Shown: positions 13,438 through 27,600 of the stretch, piece by piece
How the letters are laid out: each line of letters opens with the position of its first letter
Numbering within the stretch: the first letter of the stretch is position 1
Origin: Eledone cirrhosa
Taxonomy: Eukaryota
Direction of reading: 5' to 3'
Assembly (NCBI GenBank): GCA_964016885.1
Contig: OZ024751.1
Span: 2,294,001-2,358,000 of the forward strand
Length of the DNA: 64,000 bases
The notes under the pieces: model-generated
What the model saw: only the letters and a program-made list of their open reading frames with translations
Database searches by the model: none
What the model was told of the DNA's origin: nothing
Position numbers and translations under genes: made by a program

Positions 13438-16400
13438 TGTCATGTTGAACCTTCTCTGTAGAACTGTCATGCTGAACCTTCCCTGTTGAACTATCATATT
13501 TAACTTTCGCTGTTGAACTGTCATGTTGAACCTACTCTGTTGAACTGTCATGCTGAATCTTCCCTGTTGAACTGTCATGCTGAACCTTCCCTGTTTAACT
13601 GTCATATTGAACTTTCTCTGTTGGACTGTCATGCTGAAGCTTCCCTGTTGAACTGTCATGCTGAACCTTCCTTATTGAACTGTCATGCTGAACCTTCTCT
13701 GTTGAACTATCATATTGAACTTTCTCTGTTGAACTGTCATGTTGAACCTACTCTGTTGAACTGTCATGCTGAAACTTCCTTGTCGAGCTGTCATGTTGAA
13801 CCTTCTCTGTTGAACTGTCATGTTGAACTGTCATGTTGAACCTTTTCTGTTGAACTGTCATGTTGAACTGTCATATTGAACTTTCCCTGCTGAACTGGCA
13901 GGCTGGACCTTACCTGTTGAACTGTCATGCTGAAACTTCCCTGTTTAACTGTCATGCTGAACCTTCTCTGTTGAACTGTCATATTGAACTTTCTCTGTTG
14001 AACTGTCATGTTGGACCTTCTCTGTTTAACTGTCATATTGAACCTTCTCTGTTTAACTGTCATATTGAACTTTCTCTGTTGAACTGTCATGCTGAAGCTT
14101 CCCTGTTGAACTGTCATGCTGAACCTTCCCTGTTTAACTGTCATATTGAACTTTCTCTGTTGAACTCTCATGCTGACGCTTCCCTGTTGAACTATCATAT
14201 TGAACTTTCTCTGTTGAAATGTCATGTTGAACCTACTCTGTTGAACTGTCATGCTGAACCTTCTCTGTTGAACTGTCATAATGAACTTTCTCTTTTGTAC
14301 TGTCATACTGAACCTTCCCTGTTGAACTGTCATGTTGAACTTTCTCTATTGAACTGTCATACTGAACCTTCTCTGTTGAACTGTCATATTTAACTTACTC
14401 TGTTGAACTGTCATGCTGAACCTTCCTTGTTGAGCTGTCATGTTGAACCTTCTCTGTTGTACTGTCATGTTGAACCTTCTCTGTTGAACTGTCATATTGA
14501 ACCTTCTCTTTTGAACTGTCATGCTGGACATTCTCTGTTGAACTGTCATATTGAACCTTCTCCGTATAACTGTCATATTGAACCTTCTCAGTTTAACTGT
14601 CATATTGAACTTTCTCTGTTGAATTGTCATGCTGAACCTTCCCTGTTGAACTGTCATATTGAACTTTCTCTGTTGAACTGTCATACTGAACCTTCTCTGT
14701 TTAACTGTCATATTGAACTTTCTCTGTTGAACTGTCATGCTGAACCTTCCTTGTTGAGCCGTCATGTTGAACCTTCTCTTTTGAACTGTCATATTGAACT
14801 TTCTCTGTTGAACTGTCATGCTGAACCTTCCGTGTTTAACTGTCATGCTGAAACTTCCCGGTTTAACTGTCATATTGAACTTTCTCTGTTGATCTGTCAT
14901 GTTGAACCTTCTCTGTTGAACTGTCATATTGGACCTCTCCCTGTTTAACTCATATTGAACCTTCCCTGTTTAACTGTCATGTTGAACCTTCCCTGTTTAA
15001 CTGTCATGCTGAACCTTCTCTGTTGAACTGTCATATTGAACTTTCTCTGTTGAACTGTCATGCTGAAGCTTCCCTGTTGAACTGTCATGCTGAACCTTCC
15101 TTGTTGAGCCGTCATGTTGAACCTTCTCTGTTGAACTGTCGTGTAGAACTGGTATGTTGAACCTTCTCTGTTGACTGTCATATTGAACCTTCTCTGTTGA
15201 ACTGTCATATTGAACCTTCTCTGTTGAACTGTCATGCTGGACATTCTCTGTTGAACTGTCATATTGAACCTTCTCTGTATAACTGTCATATTGAACCTTC
15301 TCAGTTTAACTGTCATATTGAACTTTCTCTGCTGAACTGTCATATGGAACCTTCCATGTTCAACTCTCATGTAGAACCTTCTCTGTTTAACTGTCATATT
15401 GAACTTTCCCTGTTGAACTGTCATGCTGAACCTTCCTTGTTGAACTGTCATGTTGAACCTTCTCTGTTGAAATGTCATGTTGAAACTTCAATGTTGAACT
15501 GTCATATTGAACCTTCTCTGTTGAACTGTCATGTTGAACCTTCTCATTTGAACTGTCATATTGAGCCTTCTCTGTTGAACTGTCATGTTGAACCTTCTCT
15601 GTTGAACTGTCATGTTGAACCTTCTCTGTAGAACTGTCATGCTGAACCTTCCCTGTTGAACTATCATATTTAACTTTCGCTGTTGAACTGTCATGTTGAA
15701 CCTACTCTGTTGAACTGTCATGCTGAATCTTCCCTGTTGAACTGTCATGCTGAACCTTCCCTGTTTAACTGTCATATTGAACTTTCTCTGTTGGACTGTC
15801 ATGCTGAAGCTTCCCTGTTGAACTGTCATGCTGAACCTTCCTTATTGAACTGTCATGCTGAACCTTCTCTGTTGAACTATCATATTGAACTTTCTCTGTT
15901 GAACTGTCATGTTGAACCTACTCTGTTGAACTGTCATGCTGAAACTTCCTTGTCGAGCTGTCATGTTGAACCTTCTCTGTTGAACTGTCATGTTGAACTG
16001 TCATGTTGAACCTTTTCTGTTGAACTGTCATGTTGAACTGTCATATTGAACTTTCCCTGCTGAACTGGCAGGCTGGACCTTACCTGTTGAACTGTCATGC
16101 TGAAACTTCCCTGTTTAACTGTCATGCTGAACCTTCTCTGTTGAACTGTCATATTGAACTTTCTCTGTTGAACTGTCATGTTGGACCTCCTCTGTTTAAC
16201 TGTCATATTGAACCTTCTCTGTTTAACTGTCATATTGAACTTTCTCTGTTGAACTGTCATGCTGAAGCTTCCCTGTTGAACTGTCATGCTGAACCTTCCC
16301 TGTTTAACTGTCATATTGAACTTTCTCTGTTGAACTCTCATGCTGACGCTTCCCTGTTGAACTATCATATTGAACTTTCTCTGTTGAAATGTCATGTTGA

Positions 16401-17798
16401 ACCTACTCTGTTGAACTGTCATGCTGAACCTTCTCTGTTGAACTGTCATAATGAACTTTCTCTTTTGTACTGTCATACTGAACCTTCCCTGTTGAACTGT
16501 CATGTTGAACTTTCTCTATTGAACTGTCATACTGAACCTTCTCTGTTGAACTGTCATATTTAACTTACTCTGTTGAACTGTCATGCTGAACCTTCCTTGT
16601 TGAGCTGTCATGTTGAACCTTCTCTGTTGTACTGTCATGTTGAACCTTCTCTGTTGAACTGTCATATTGAACCTTCTCTTTTGAACTGTCATGCTGGACA
16701 TTCTCTGTTGAACTGTCATATTGAACCTTCTCCGTATAACTGTCATATTGAACCTTCTCAGTTTAACTGTCATATTGAACTTTCTCTGTTGAATTGTCAT
16801 GCTGAACCTTCCCTGTTGAACTGTCATATTGAACTTTCTCTGTTGAACTGTCATACTGAACCTTCTCTGTTTAACTGTCATATTGAACTTTCTCTGTTGA
16901 ACTGTCATGCTGAACCTTCCTTGTTGAGCCGTCATGTTGAACCTTCTCTTTTGAACTGTCATATTGAACTTTCTCTGTTGAACTGTCATGCTGAACCTTC
17001 CGTGTTTAACTGTCATGCTGAAACTTCCCGGTTTAACTGTCATATTGAACTTTCTCTGTTGATCTGTCATGTTGAACCTTCTCTGTTGAACTGTCATATT
17101 GGACCTTCCCTGTTTAACTCATATTGAACCTTCCCTGTTTAACTGTCATGTTGAACCTTCCCTGTTTAACTGTCATGCTGAACCTTCTCTGTTGAACTGT
17201 CATATTGAACTTTCTCTGTTGAACTGTCATGCTGAAGCTTCCCTGTTGAACTGTCATGCTGAACCTTCCTTGTTGAGCCGTCATGTTGAACCTTCTCTGT
17301 TGAACTGTCGTGTAGAACTGGTATGTTGAACCTTCTCTGTTGACTGTCATATTGAACCTTCTCTGTTGAACTGTCATATTGAACCTTCTCTGTTGAACTG
17401 TCATGCTGGACATTCTCTGTTGAACTGTCATATTGAACCTTCTCTGTATAACTGTCATATTGAACCTTCTCAGTTTAACTGTCATATTGAACTTTCTCTG
17501 CTGAACTGTCATATGGAACCTTCCATGTTCAACTCTCATGTAGAACCTTCTCTGTTTAACTGTCATATTGAACTTTCCCTGTTGAACTGTCATGCTGAAC
17601 CTTCCTTGTTGAACTGTCATGTTGAACCTTCTCTGTTGAAATGTCATGTTGAAACTTCAATGTTGAACTGTCATATTGAACCTTCTCTGTTGAACTGTCA
17701 TGTTGAACCTTCTCATTTGAACTGTCATATTGAGCCTTCTCTGTTGAACTGTCATGTTGAACCTTCTCTGTTGAACTGTCATGTTGAACCTTCTCTGT
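13438..17798. repeat. Tandem duplication, period 2170/2169 bp
   Basis: ORF offsets 13513/15683, 13860/16030 and 14403/16573 are 2170, then 15197/17366 is 2169 after a 1-bp extra C near 14937. The private variants ctttcgctg, ctggcaggctggaccttacc and ttctcatttg occur in both copies. Confidence 0.93.
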
Positions 17799-18649
17799 TG
17801 AACTGTCATATTGAACCTCCCCTGTTGAAATGTCATGTTGAACCTTCTCTGGAGAACTGTCATGCTGAACCTTCCCTGTTGAACTATCATATTTAACTTT
17901 CTCTGTTGAACTGTCATGTTGAACCTACTCTGTTGAACTGTGATGCTGAATCTTCCCTGTTGAACTGTCATGCTGAACCTTCCCTGTTTAACTGTCATAT
18001 TGAACTTTCCCTGTTGGACTGTCATGCTGAAGCTTCCCTGTTGAACTGTCATGCTGAACCTTCCTTATTGAACTGTCATGCTGAACCTTCTCTGTTGAAC
18101 TATCATATTGAACTTTCTCTGTTAAACTGTCATGTTGAACCTACTCTGTTGAACTGTCATGCTGAAACTTCCTTGTCGAGCTGTCATGTTGAACCTTCTC
18201 TGTTGAACTGTCATGTTGAACTGTCATGTTGAACCTTCTCTGTTGAACTGTCATATTGAACCTTCCCTGTTCAACTGTCATGTTGAACCTTCTCTGTTTA
18301 ACTGTCATATTGAACTTTCTCTGTTGAACTGTCATGCTGAACCTTCCTTGTTGAACTGTCATGTTGAACCTTCTCTGTTGAACTGTCATGTTGGACCTTC
18401 TCTGTTGAACTGTCATATTGAACTTTCCCTGCTGAACTGGCATGCTGGACCTTCCCTGTTGAACTGTCATGCTGAACCTTCCCTGTTTAACTGTCATGCT
18501 GAACCTTCTCTGTTGAACTGTCATATTGAACTTTCTCTGTTGAACTGTCATGTTGGACCTTCTCTGTTTAACTGTCATATTGAACCTTCTCTGTTTAACT
18601 GTCATATTGAACTTTCTCTGTTGAACTGTCATGCTGAAGCTTCCCTGTT

Positions 18650-21600
18650 GAACTGTCATGCTGAGCCTTCCCTGTTTAACTGTCATATTGAACTTTCTCT
18701 GTTGAACTGTCATGCTGACGCTTCCCTGTTGAACTATCATATTGAACTTTCTCTGTTGAACTGTCATGTTGAACCTACTCTGTTGAACTGTCATATTGAA
18801 CCTTCCCTTTGAACTGTCATGTTGAACCTTCTCTGTTTAACTGTCATATTGAACTTTCTCTGTTGTACTGTCATACTGAACCTTCCCTGTTGAACTGTCA
18901 TGTTGAACTTTCTCTGTTGAACTGTCATACTGAACCTTCTCTGTTGAACTGTCATATTGAACCTTCCCTGTTGAACTGTCATGTTGAACTTTCTCTGTTG
19001 AACTGTCATACTGAACCTTCTCTGTTAAACTGTCATATTGAACTTTCTCTGTTGAACTGTCATGCTGAACCTTCCTTGTTGAGCTGTCATGTTGAACCTT
19101 CTCTGTTGTACTGTCATGTTGAACTGTCATGTTGAACCTTCTCTGTTGAACTGTCATATTGAACCTTCTCTTTTGAACTGTCATGCTGGACATTCTCTGT
19201 TGAACTGTCATATTGAACCTTCTCCGTATAACTGTCATATTGAACCTTCTCAGTTTAACTGTCATATTGAACTTTCTCTGTTGAACTGTCATGCTGAACC
19301 TTCCCTGTTGAACTGTCATGTTGAACTTTCTCTGTTGAACTGTCATACTGAACCTTCTCTATTTAACTGTCATATTGAACTTTCTCTGTTGAACTGTCAT
19401 GCTGAACCTTCCTTGTTGAGCCGTCATGTTGAACCTTCTCTGTTGACTGTCATATTGAACCTTATCTGTTGAACTGTCATGTTGGACCTTCTTTGTTGAA
19501 CTGTCATGTTGAACCTTCTGTGTTTAACTGTCATATTGAACTTTCTCTGTTGAACTGTGATCCTGAACCTTCCTTGTTGAACTGTCATGTTGAACCTTCT
19601 CTGTTGAACTGTCATGTTGGACCTTCTCTGTTGCACTGTCATATTGAACTTTCTCTGTTGAAATGTCATGTTGAACCGTCTCTGTTGAACTGTCATATTG
19701 AACCTTCTCTGTTGAACTGTCATGCTGAACCTTCCCTGTTGAACTGTCATGTTCATCTTTCTCTGTTGAACTGTCATACTGAAGCTTCTCTGTTGAACTG
19801 TCATATTGAACCTTCCATGTTGAACTGTCATGTTGGACCTTCCCTGTTTAACTGTCATATTGAACCTTCCCTGTTGAATTGTCGTATTGAACTTTTCCTG
19901 TTGAACTGTCATGCTGAACCTTCCCTGTTTAACTGTCATATTGAACTTTCTCTGTTGAACTGTCATGCTGAACCTTCTGTGTTTAACTGTGATATTGAAC
20001 TTTCTCTGTTGAACTGTCATACTGAAGCTTCTCTGTTGAACTGTCATATTGAACTTTCCCTGTTGAACTGTCATGTTGTACCTTCCCTGTTTAACTGTCA
20101 TATTGAACCTTCCCTGTTGAACTGTCATATTGAACTTTCTCTGTTGAACTGTCATGATGAACCTTCCCTGTTTAACTGTAATGCTGAACCTTCCCTGTTG
20201 AACTGTCATGCTTAACCTTCCCTGTTTAACTGTCATATTGAACTTACTCTGTTGAACTGTCATGCTGAACCTTCCCTGTTGAACTGTCATGTTGAACTTT
20301 CTCTGTTGAACTGTCATACTGAAGCTTCTCTGTTGAATTGTCATATTGAACCTTCCCTGTTGAACTGTCTTGTTGGACCTTCCCTGTTTAACTGTCATAT
20401 TGAACCTTCCCTGTTGAACTGTCATATTGAACTTTCTCTGTTGAACTGTCATGCTGAACCTTCCCTGTTTAACTGTAATGCTAAACCTTCTCTGTTGAAC
20501 TGTCATATTGAACTTTCTCTGTTGAACTGTCATGCTGAACCTTCCCTGTTGAATTGTCATGCTGAACCTTCCCGGTTGAACTGTCATATTGAACTTTCTC
20601 TGTTGAACTGTCATGTTGAACCTACTCTGTTGAACTGTCATGCTGAACCTTCTCTGTTGAACTGTCATATTGAACCTTCCCTTTGAACTGTCATGTTGAA
20701 CCTTCTCTGTTTAACTGTCATATTGAACTTTCTTTGTTGTACTGTCATACTGAACCTTCCCTGTTGAACTGTCATGTTGAACTTTCTCTGTTGAACTGTC
20801 ATACTGAACCTTCTCTGTTGAACTGTCATATTGAACCTTCCTTGTTGATCTGTCATGTTGAACCTTCTCTGTTAAACTGTCATATTGAACTTTCTCTGTT
20901 GAACAGTCATGCTGAACCTTCCTTGTTGAGCTGTCATGTTGAACCTTCTCTGTTGTACTGTCATGTTGAACTGTCATGTTGAACCTTCTCTGTTGAACTG
21001 TCATATTGAACCTTCTCTGTTGAACTGTCATGCTGAACCTTCCCTGTTGAACTGTCATGTTGAACTTTCTCTGTTGAACTGTCATACTGAAGCTTCTCTG
21101 TTGAACTGTCATATTGAACCTTCCATGTTGAACTGTCATGTTGGACCTTCCCTGTTTAACTGTCATATTGAACCTTCCCTGTTGAATTGTCATATTGAAC
21201 TTTCCCTGTTGAACTGTCATGCTGAACCTTCCCTGTTTAACTGTCGTATTGAACTTTCTCGGTTGAACTGTCATGCTGAACCTTCCCTGTTGAACTGTGA
21301 TATTGAACTTTCTCTGTTGAACTGTCATATTGAACTTTCCCTGTTGAACTGTCATGTTGTACCTTCCCTGTTTAACTGTCATATTGAACCTTCTCTGTTG
21401 AACTGTCATATTGAACTTTCTCTGTTGAACTGTCATGATGAACCTTCCCTGTTTAACTGTAATGCTGAACCTTCCCTGTTGAACTGTCATGCTTAACCTT
21501 CCTTGTTTAACTGTCATATTGAACTTACTCTGTTGAACTGTCATGCTGAACCTTCCCTGTTGAACTGTCATGTTGAACTTTCTCTGTTGAACTGTCATAC

Positions 21601-24600
21601 TGAAGCTTCTCTGTTGAATTGTCATATTGAACCTTCCCTGTTGAACTGTCTTGTTGGACCTTCCCTGTTTAACTGTCATATTGAACCTTCCCTGTTGAAC
21701 TGTCATATTGAACTTTCTCTGTTGAACTGTCATGCTGAACCTTCCCTGTTTAACTGTAATGCTAAACCTTCTCTGTTGAACTGTCATATTGAACTTTCTC
21801 TGTTGAACTGTCATGCTGAACCATCCCTGTTGAACTGTCATGCTGAACCTTCCCGGTTTAACTGTCATATTGAACTTTCTCTGTTGAACTGTCATGTTGA
21901 ACCTTCTCTATTGAACTGTCATATTGGACCTTCCCTGTTTAACTCATATTGAACCTTCCCTGTTTAACTGTCATGTTGAACCTTCCCTGTTTAACTGTCA
22001 TGCTGAACCTTCTCTGTTGAACTGTCATATTGAACTTTCTCTGTTGAACTGTCATGCTGAAGCTTCCCTGTTGAACTGTCATGCTGAACCTTCCTTGTTG
22101 AGCCGTCATGTTGAACCTTCTCTGTTGAACTGTCGTGTAGAACTGGTATGTTGAACCTTCTCTGTTGACTGTCATATTGAACCTTCTCTGTTGATCTGTC
22201 ATATTGAACCTTCTCTGTTGAACTGTCATACTGGACATTCTCTGTTGAACTGTCATATTGATCCTTCTCTGTATAACTGTCATATTGAACCTTCTTAGTT
22301 TAACTGTCATATTGATCTTTCTCTGTTGAACTGTCATATGGAACCTTCCATGTTCAACTCTCATGTAGAACCTTCTCTGTTTAACTGTCATATTGAACTT
22401 TCCCTGTTGAACTGTCATGCTGAACCTTCCTTGTTGAACTGTCATGTTGAACCTTCTCTGTTGAAATGTCATGTTGAACCTTCAATGTTGAACTGTCATA
22501 TTGAACCTTCTCTGTTGAACTGTCATGTTGAACCTTCTCTGTTGAACTGTCATATTGAACCTTCCCTGTTCAACTGTCATGTTAAACCTTCTCTGTTTAA
22601 CTGTCATATTGAACTTTCTCTGTTGAACTGTCATGCTGAACCTTCCTTGTTGAACTGTCATGTTGAACCTTCTGTGTTGAACTGTCATAATGAACCTTCC
22701 CTGTTGAACTGTCATGTTGGACCTTCCCTGTTTAACTGTCATATTGAACCTTCTCTGTTAAACTGTCATGCTGAACCTTCCCTGTTGAACTATCAGATTG
22801 AACTTTCTCTGTTGAACTGTCATGCTGAACCTTCTCTGTTTAACTGTCATATTGAACCTTCTCTGTAGAAATGCCATATTGAACCTTCTCTGTTTAACTG
22901 TCATATTTAACTTTCTCTGATGAACTGTCATGCTGAACCTTCCCTGTTGAACTGTCATGTTGAACTTTCTCTGTTGAACTGTCATGTTGAACCTTCCCTG
23001 TTTAACTGTCATGCTGAACCTTCTCTGTTGAATTGTCATATTGAACTTTCTCTGTTGAACTGTCATGCTGAACCTTCCCTGTTGAACTGTCAGGCTGAAC
23101 CTTCCTTGTTGAGCTGTCATGTTGAACCTTCTCTTATGAACTGTCATATTGAACCTTCTATGTTGAATTGTCATGTTGAACCTTCTCTGATGAACTGTCA
23201 TGTTGAACCTTCTCTGTTGAACTGTCATATTGAACCTCCCATGTTGAAATGTCATGTTGAACCTTCTCTGTTGAACTGTCATGCTGAACCTTCCCTGTTG
23301 AACTATCATATTTAACTTTCTCTGTTGAACTGTCATGTTGAACCTACTCTGTTGAACTGTCATGCTGAATCTTCCCTGTTGAACTGTCATGCTGAACCTT
23401 CCCTGTTTAACTGTCATGCTGAACCTTCTCTGTTGAACTGTCATATTGAACTTTCTCTGTTGAACTGTCATGTTGGACCTTCTCTGTTTAACTGTCATAT
23501 TGAACCTTCTCTGTTTAACTGTCATATTGAACTTTCTCTGTTGAACTGTCATGCTGAGCCTTCCCTGTTTAACTGTCATATTGAACTTTCTCTGTTGAAC
23601 TGTCATGCTGACGCTTCCCTGTTGAACTATCATATTGAACTTTCTCTGTTGAACTGTCATGTTGAACCTACTCTGTTGAACTGTCATATTGAACCTTCCC
23701 TTTGAACTGTCATGTTGAACCTTCTCTGTTTAACTGTCATATTGAACTTTCTCTGTTGTACTGTCATACTGAACCTTCCCTGTTGAACTGTCATGTTGAA
23801 CTTTCTCTGTTGAACTGTCATACTGAACCTTCTCTGTTGAACTGTCATATTGAACCTTCCCTGTTGAACTGTCATGTTGAACCTTCTCTGTTAAACTGTC
23901 ATATTGAACTTTCTCTGTTGAACTGTCATGCTGAACCTTCCTTGTTGAGCTGTCATGTTGAACCTTCTCTGTTGTACTGTCATGTTGAACTGTCATGTTG
24001 AACCTTCTCTGTTGAACTGTCATATTGAACCTTCTCTTTTGAACTGTCATGCTGGACATTCTCTGTTGAACTGTCATATTGAACCTTCTCCGTATAACTG
24101 TCATATTGAACCTTCTCAGTTTAACTGTCATATTGAACTTTCTCTGTTGAACTGTCATGCTGAACCTTCCCTGTTGAACTGTCATGTTGAACTTTCTCTG
24201 TTGAACTGTCATACTGAACCTTCTCTATTTAACTGTCATATTGAACTTTCTCTGTTGAACTGTCATGCTGAACCTTCCTTGTTGAGCCGTCATGTTGAAC
24301 CTTCTCTGTTGAACTGTCGTGTTGAACTGGTATGTTGAACCTTCTCTGTTGACTGTCATATTGAACCTTATCTGTTGAACTGTCATGTTGGACCTTCTTT
24401 GTTGAACTGTCATGTTGAACCTTCTGTGTTTAACTGTCATATTGAACTTTCTCTGTTGAACTGTGATCCTGAACCTTCCTTGTTGAACTGTCATGTTGAA
24501 CCTTCTCTGTTGAACTGTCATGTTGGACCTTCTCTGTTGCACTGTCATATTGAACTTTCTCTGTTGAAATGTCATGTTGAACCTTCTCTGTTGAACTGTC

Positions 24601-27600
24601 ATATTGAACCTTCTCTGTTGAACTGTCATGCTGAACCTTCCCTGTTGAACTGTCATGTTGATCTTTCTCTGTTGAACTGTCATACTGAAGCTTCTCTGTT
24701 GAACTGTCATATTGAACCTTCCATGTTGAACTGTCATGTTGGACCTTCCCTGTTTAACTGTCATATTGAACCTTCCCTGTTGAATTGTCGTATTGAACTT
24801 TTCCTGTTGAACTGTCATGCTGAACCTTCCCTGTTTAACTGTCATATTGAACTTTCTCTGTTGAACTGTCATGCTGAACCTTCTGTGTTTAACTGTGATA
24901 TTGAACTTTCTCTGTTGAACTGTCATACTGAAGCTTCTCTGTTGAACTGTCATATTGAACTTTCCCTGTTGAACTGTCATGTTGTACCTTCCCTGTTTAA
25001 CTGTCATATTGAACCTTCCCTGTTGAACTGTCATATTGAACTTTCTCTGTTGAACTGTCATGATGAACCTTCCCTGTTTAACTGTAATGCTGAACCTTCC
25101 CTGTTGAACTGTCATGCTTAACCTTCCCTGTTTAACTGTCATATTGAACTTACTCTGTTGAACTGTCATGCTGAACCTTCCCTGTTGAACTGTCATTTTG
25201 AACTTTCTCTGTTGAACTGTCATACTGAAGCTTCTCTGTTGAATTGTCATATTGAACCTTCCCTGTTGAACTGTCTTGTTGGACCTTCCCTGTTTAACTG
25301 TCATATTGAACCTTCCCTGTTGAACTGTCATATTGAACTTTCTCTGTTGAACTGTCATGCTGAACCTTCCCTGTTTAACTGTAATGCTAAACCTTCTCTG
25401 TTGAACTGTCATATTGAACTTTCTCTGTTGAACTGTCATGCTGAACCTTCCCTGTTGAACTGTCATGCTGAACCTTCCCGGTTGAACTGTCATATTGAAC
25501 TTTCTCTGTTGAACTGTCATGTTGAACCTACTCTGTTGAACTGTCATGCTGAACCTTCTCTGTTGAACTGTCATATTGAACCTTCCCTTTGAACTGTCAT
25601 GTTCAACCTTCTCTGTTTAACTGTCATATTGAACTTTCTTTGTTGTACTGTCATACTGAACCTTCCCTGTTGAACTGTCATGTTGAACTTTCTCTGTTGA
25701 ACTGTCATACTGAACCTTCTCTGTTGAACTGTCATATTGAACCTTCCTTGTTGAACTGTCATGTTGAACCTTCTCTGTTAAACTGTCATATTGAACTTTC
25801 TCTGTTGAACAGTCATGCTGAACCTTCCTTGTTGAGCTGTCTGTTGAACCTTCTCTGTTGTACTGTCATGTTGAACTGTCATGTTGAACCTTCTCTGTTG
25901 AACTGTCATGCTGAACCTTCCCTGTTGAACTGTCATGTTGAACTTTCTCTGTTGAACTGTCATACTGAAGCTTCTCTGTTGAACTGTCATATTGAACCTT
26001 CCATGTTGAACTGTCATGTTGGACCTTCCCTGTTTAACTGTCATATTGAACCTTCCCTGTTGAATTGTCATATTGAACTTTCCCTGTTGAACTGTCATGC
26101 TGAACCTTCCCTGTTTAACTGTCGTATTGAACTTTCTCGGTTGAACTGTCATGCTGAACCTTCCCTGTTGAACTGTGATATTGAACTTTCTCTGTTGAAC
26201 TGTCATATTGAACTTTCCCTGTTGAACTGTCATGTTGTACCTTCCCTGTTTAACTGTCATATTGAACCTTCTCTGTTGAACTGTCATATTAAACTTTCTC
26301 TGTTGAACTGTCATGATGAACCTTCCCTGTTTAACTGTAATGCTGAACCTTCCCTGTTGAACTGTCATGCTTAACCTTCCCTGTTTAACTGTCATATTGA
26401 ACTTACTCTGTTGAACTGTCATGCTGAACCTTCCCTGTTGAACTGTCATGTTGAACTTTCTCTGTTGAACTGTCATACTGAAGCTTCTCTGTTGAATTGT
26501 CATATTGACCCTTCCCTGTTGAACTGTCTTGTTGGACCTTCCCTGTTTAACTGTCATATTGAACCTTCCCTGTTGAACTGTCATATTGAACTTTCTCTGT
26601 TGAACTGTCATGCTGAACCTTCCCTGTTTAACTGTAATGCTAAACCTTCTCTGTTGAACTGTCATATTGAACTTTCTCTGTTGAACTGTCATGCTGAACC
26701 ATCCCTGTTGAACTGTCATGCTGAACCTTCCCGGTTTAACTGTCATATTGAACTTTCTCTGTTAAACTGTCATGTTGAACCTTCTCTATTGAACTGTCAT
26801 ATTGGACCTTCCCTGTTTAACTCATATTGAACCTTCCCTGTTTAACTGTCATGTTGAACCTTCCCTGTTTAACTGTCATGCTGAACCTTCTCTGTTGAAC
26901 TGTCATATTGAACTTTCTCTGTTGAACTGTCATGCTGAAGCTTCCCTGTTGAACTGTCATGCTGAACCTTCCTTGTTGAGCCGTCATGTTGAATCTTCTC
27001 TGTTGAACTGTCGTGTAGAACTGGTATGTTGAACCTTCTCTGTTGACTGTCATATTGAACCTTCTCTGTTGATCTGTCATATTGAACCTTCTCTGTTGAA
27101 CTGTCATACTGGACATTCTCTGTTGAACTGTCATATTGAACCTTCTCTGTATAACTGTCATATTGAACCTTCTTAGTTTAACTGTCATATTGATCTTTCT
27201 CTGTTGAACTGTCATATGGAACCTTCCATGTTCAACTCTCATGTAGAACCTTCTCTGTTTAACTGTCATATTGAACTTTCTCTGTTGAACTGTCATGCTG
27301 AACCTTCCTTGTTGAACTGTCATGTTGAACCTTCTGTGTTGAACTGTCATAATGAACCTTCCCTGTTGAACTGTCATGTTGGACCTTCCCTGTTTAACTG
27401 TCATATTGAACCTTCTCTGTTAAACTGTCATGCTGAACCTTCCCTGTTGAACTATCAGATTGAACTTTCTCTGTTGAACTGTCATGCTGAACCTTCTCTG
27501 TTTAACTGTCATATTGAACCTTCTCTGTAGAAATGCCATATTGAACCTTCTCTGTTTAACTGTCATATTTAACTTTCTCTGATGAACTGTCATGCTGAAC

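Noticed and set aside
14931-14945. Singleton 1-bp insertion ggacctctccctg relative to the sister copy at 17101 (ggaccttccctg); similar singleton deletion near 53187
   Set aside because: Each is seen once in a pyrimidine run, so it cannot be distinguished from a sequencing or consensus error.
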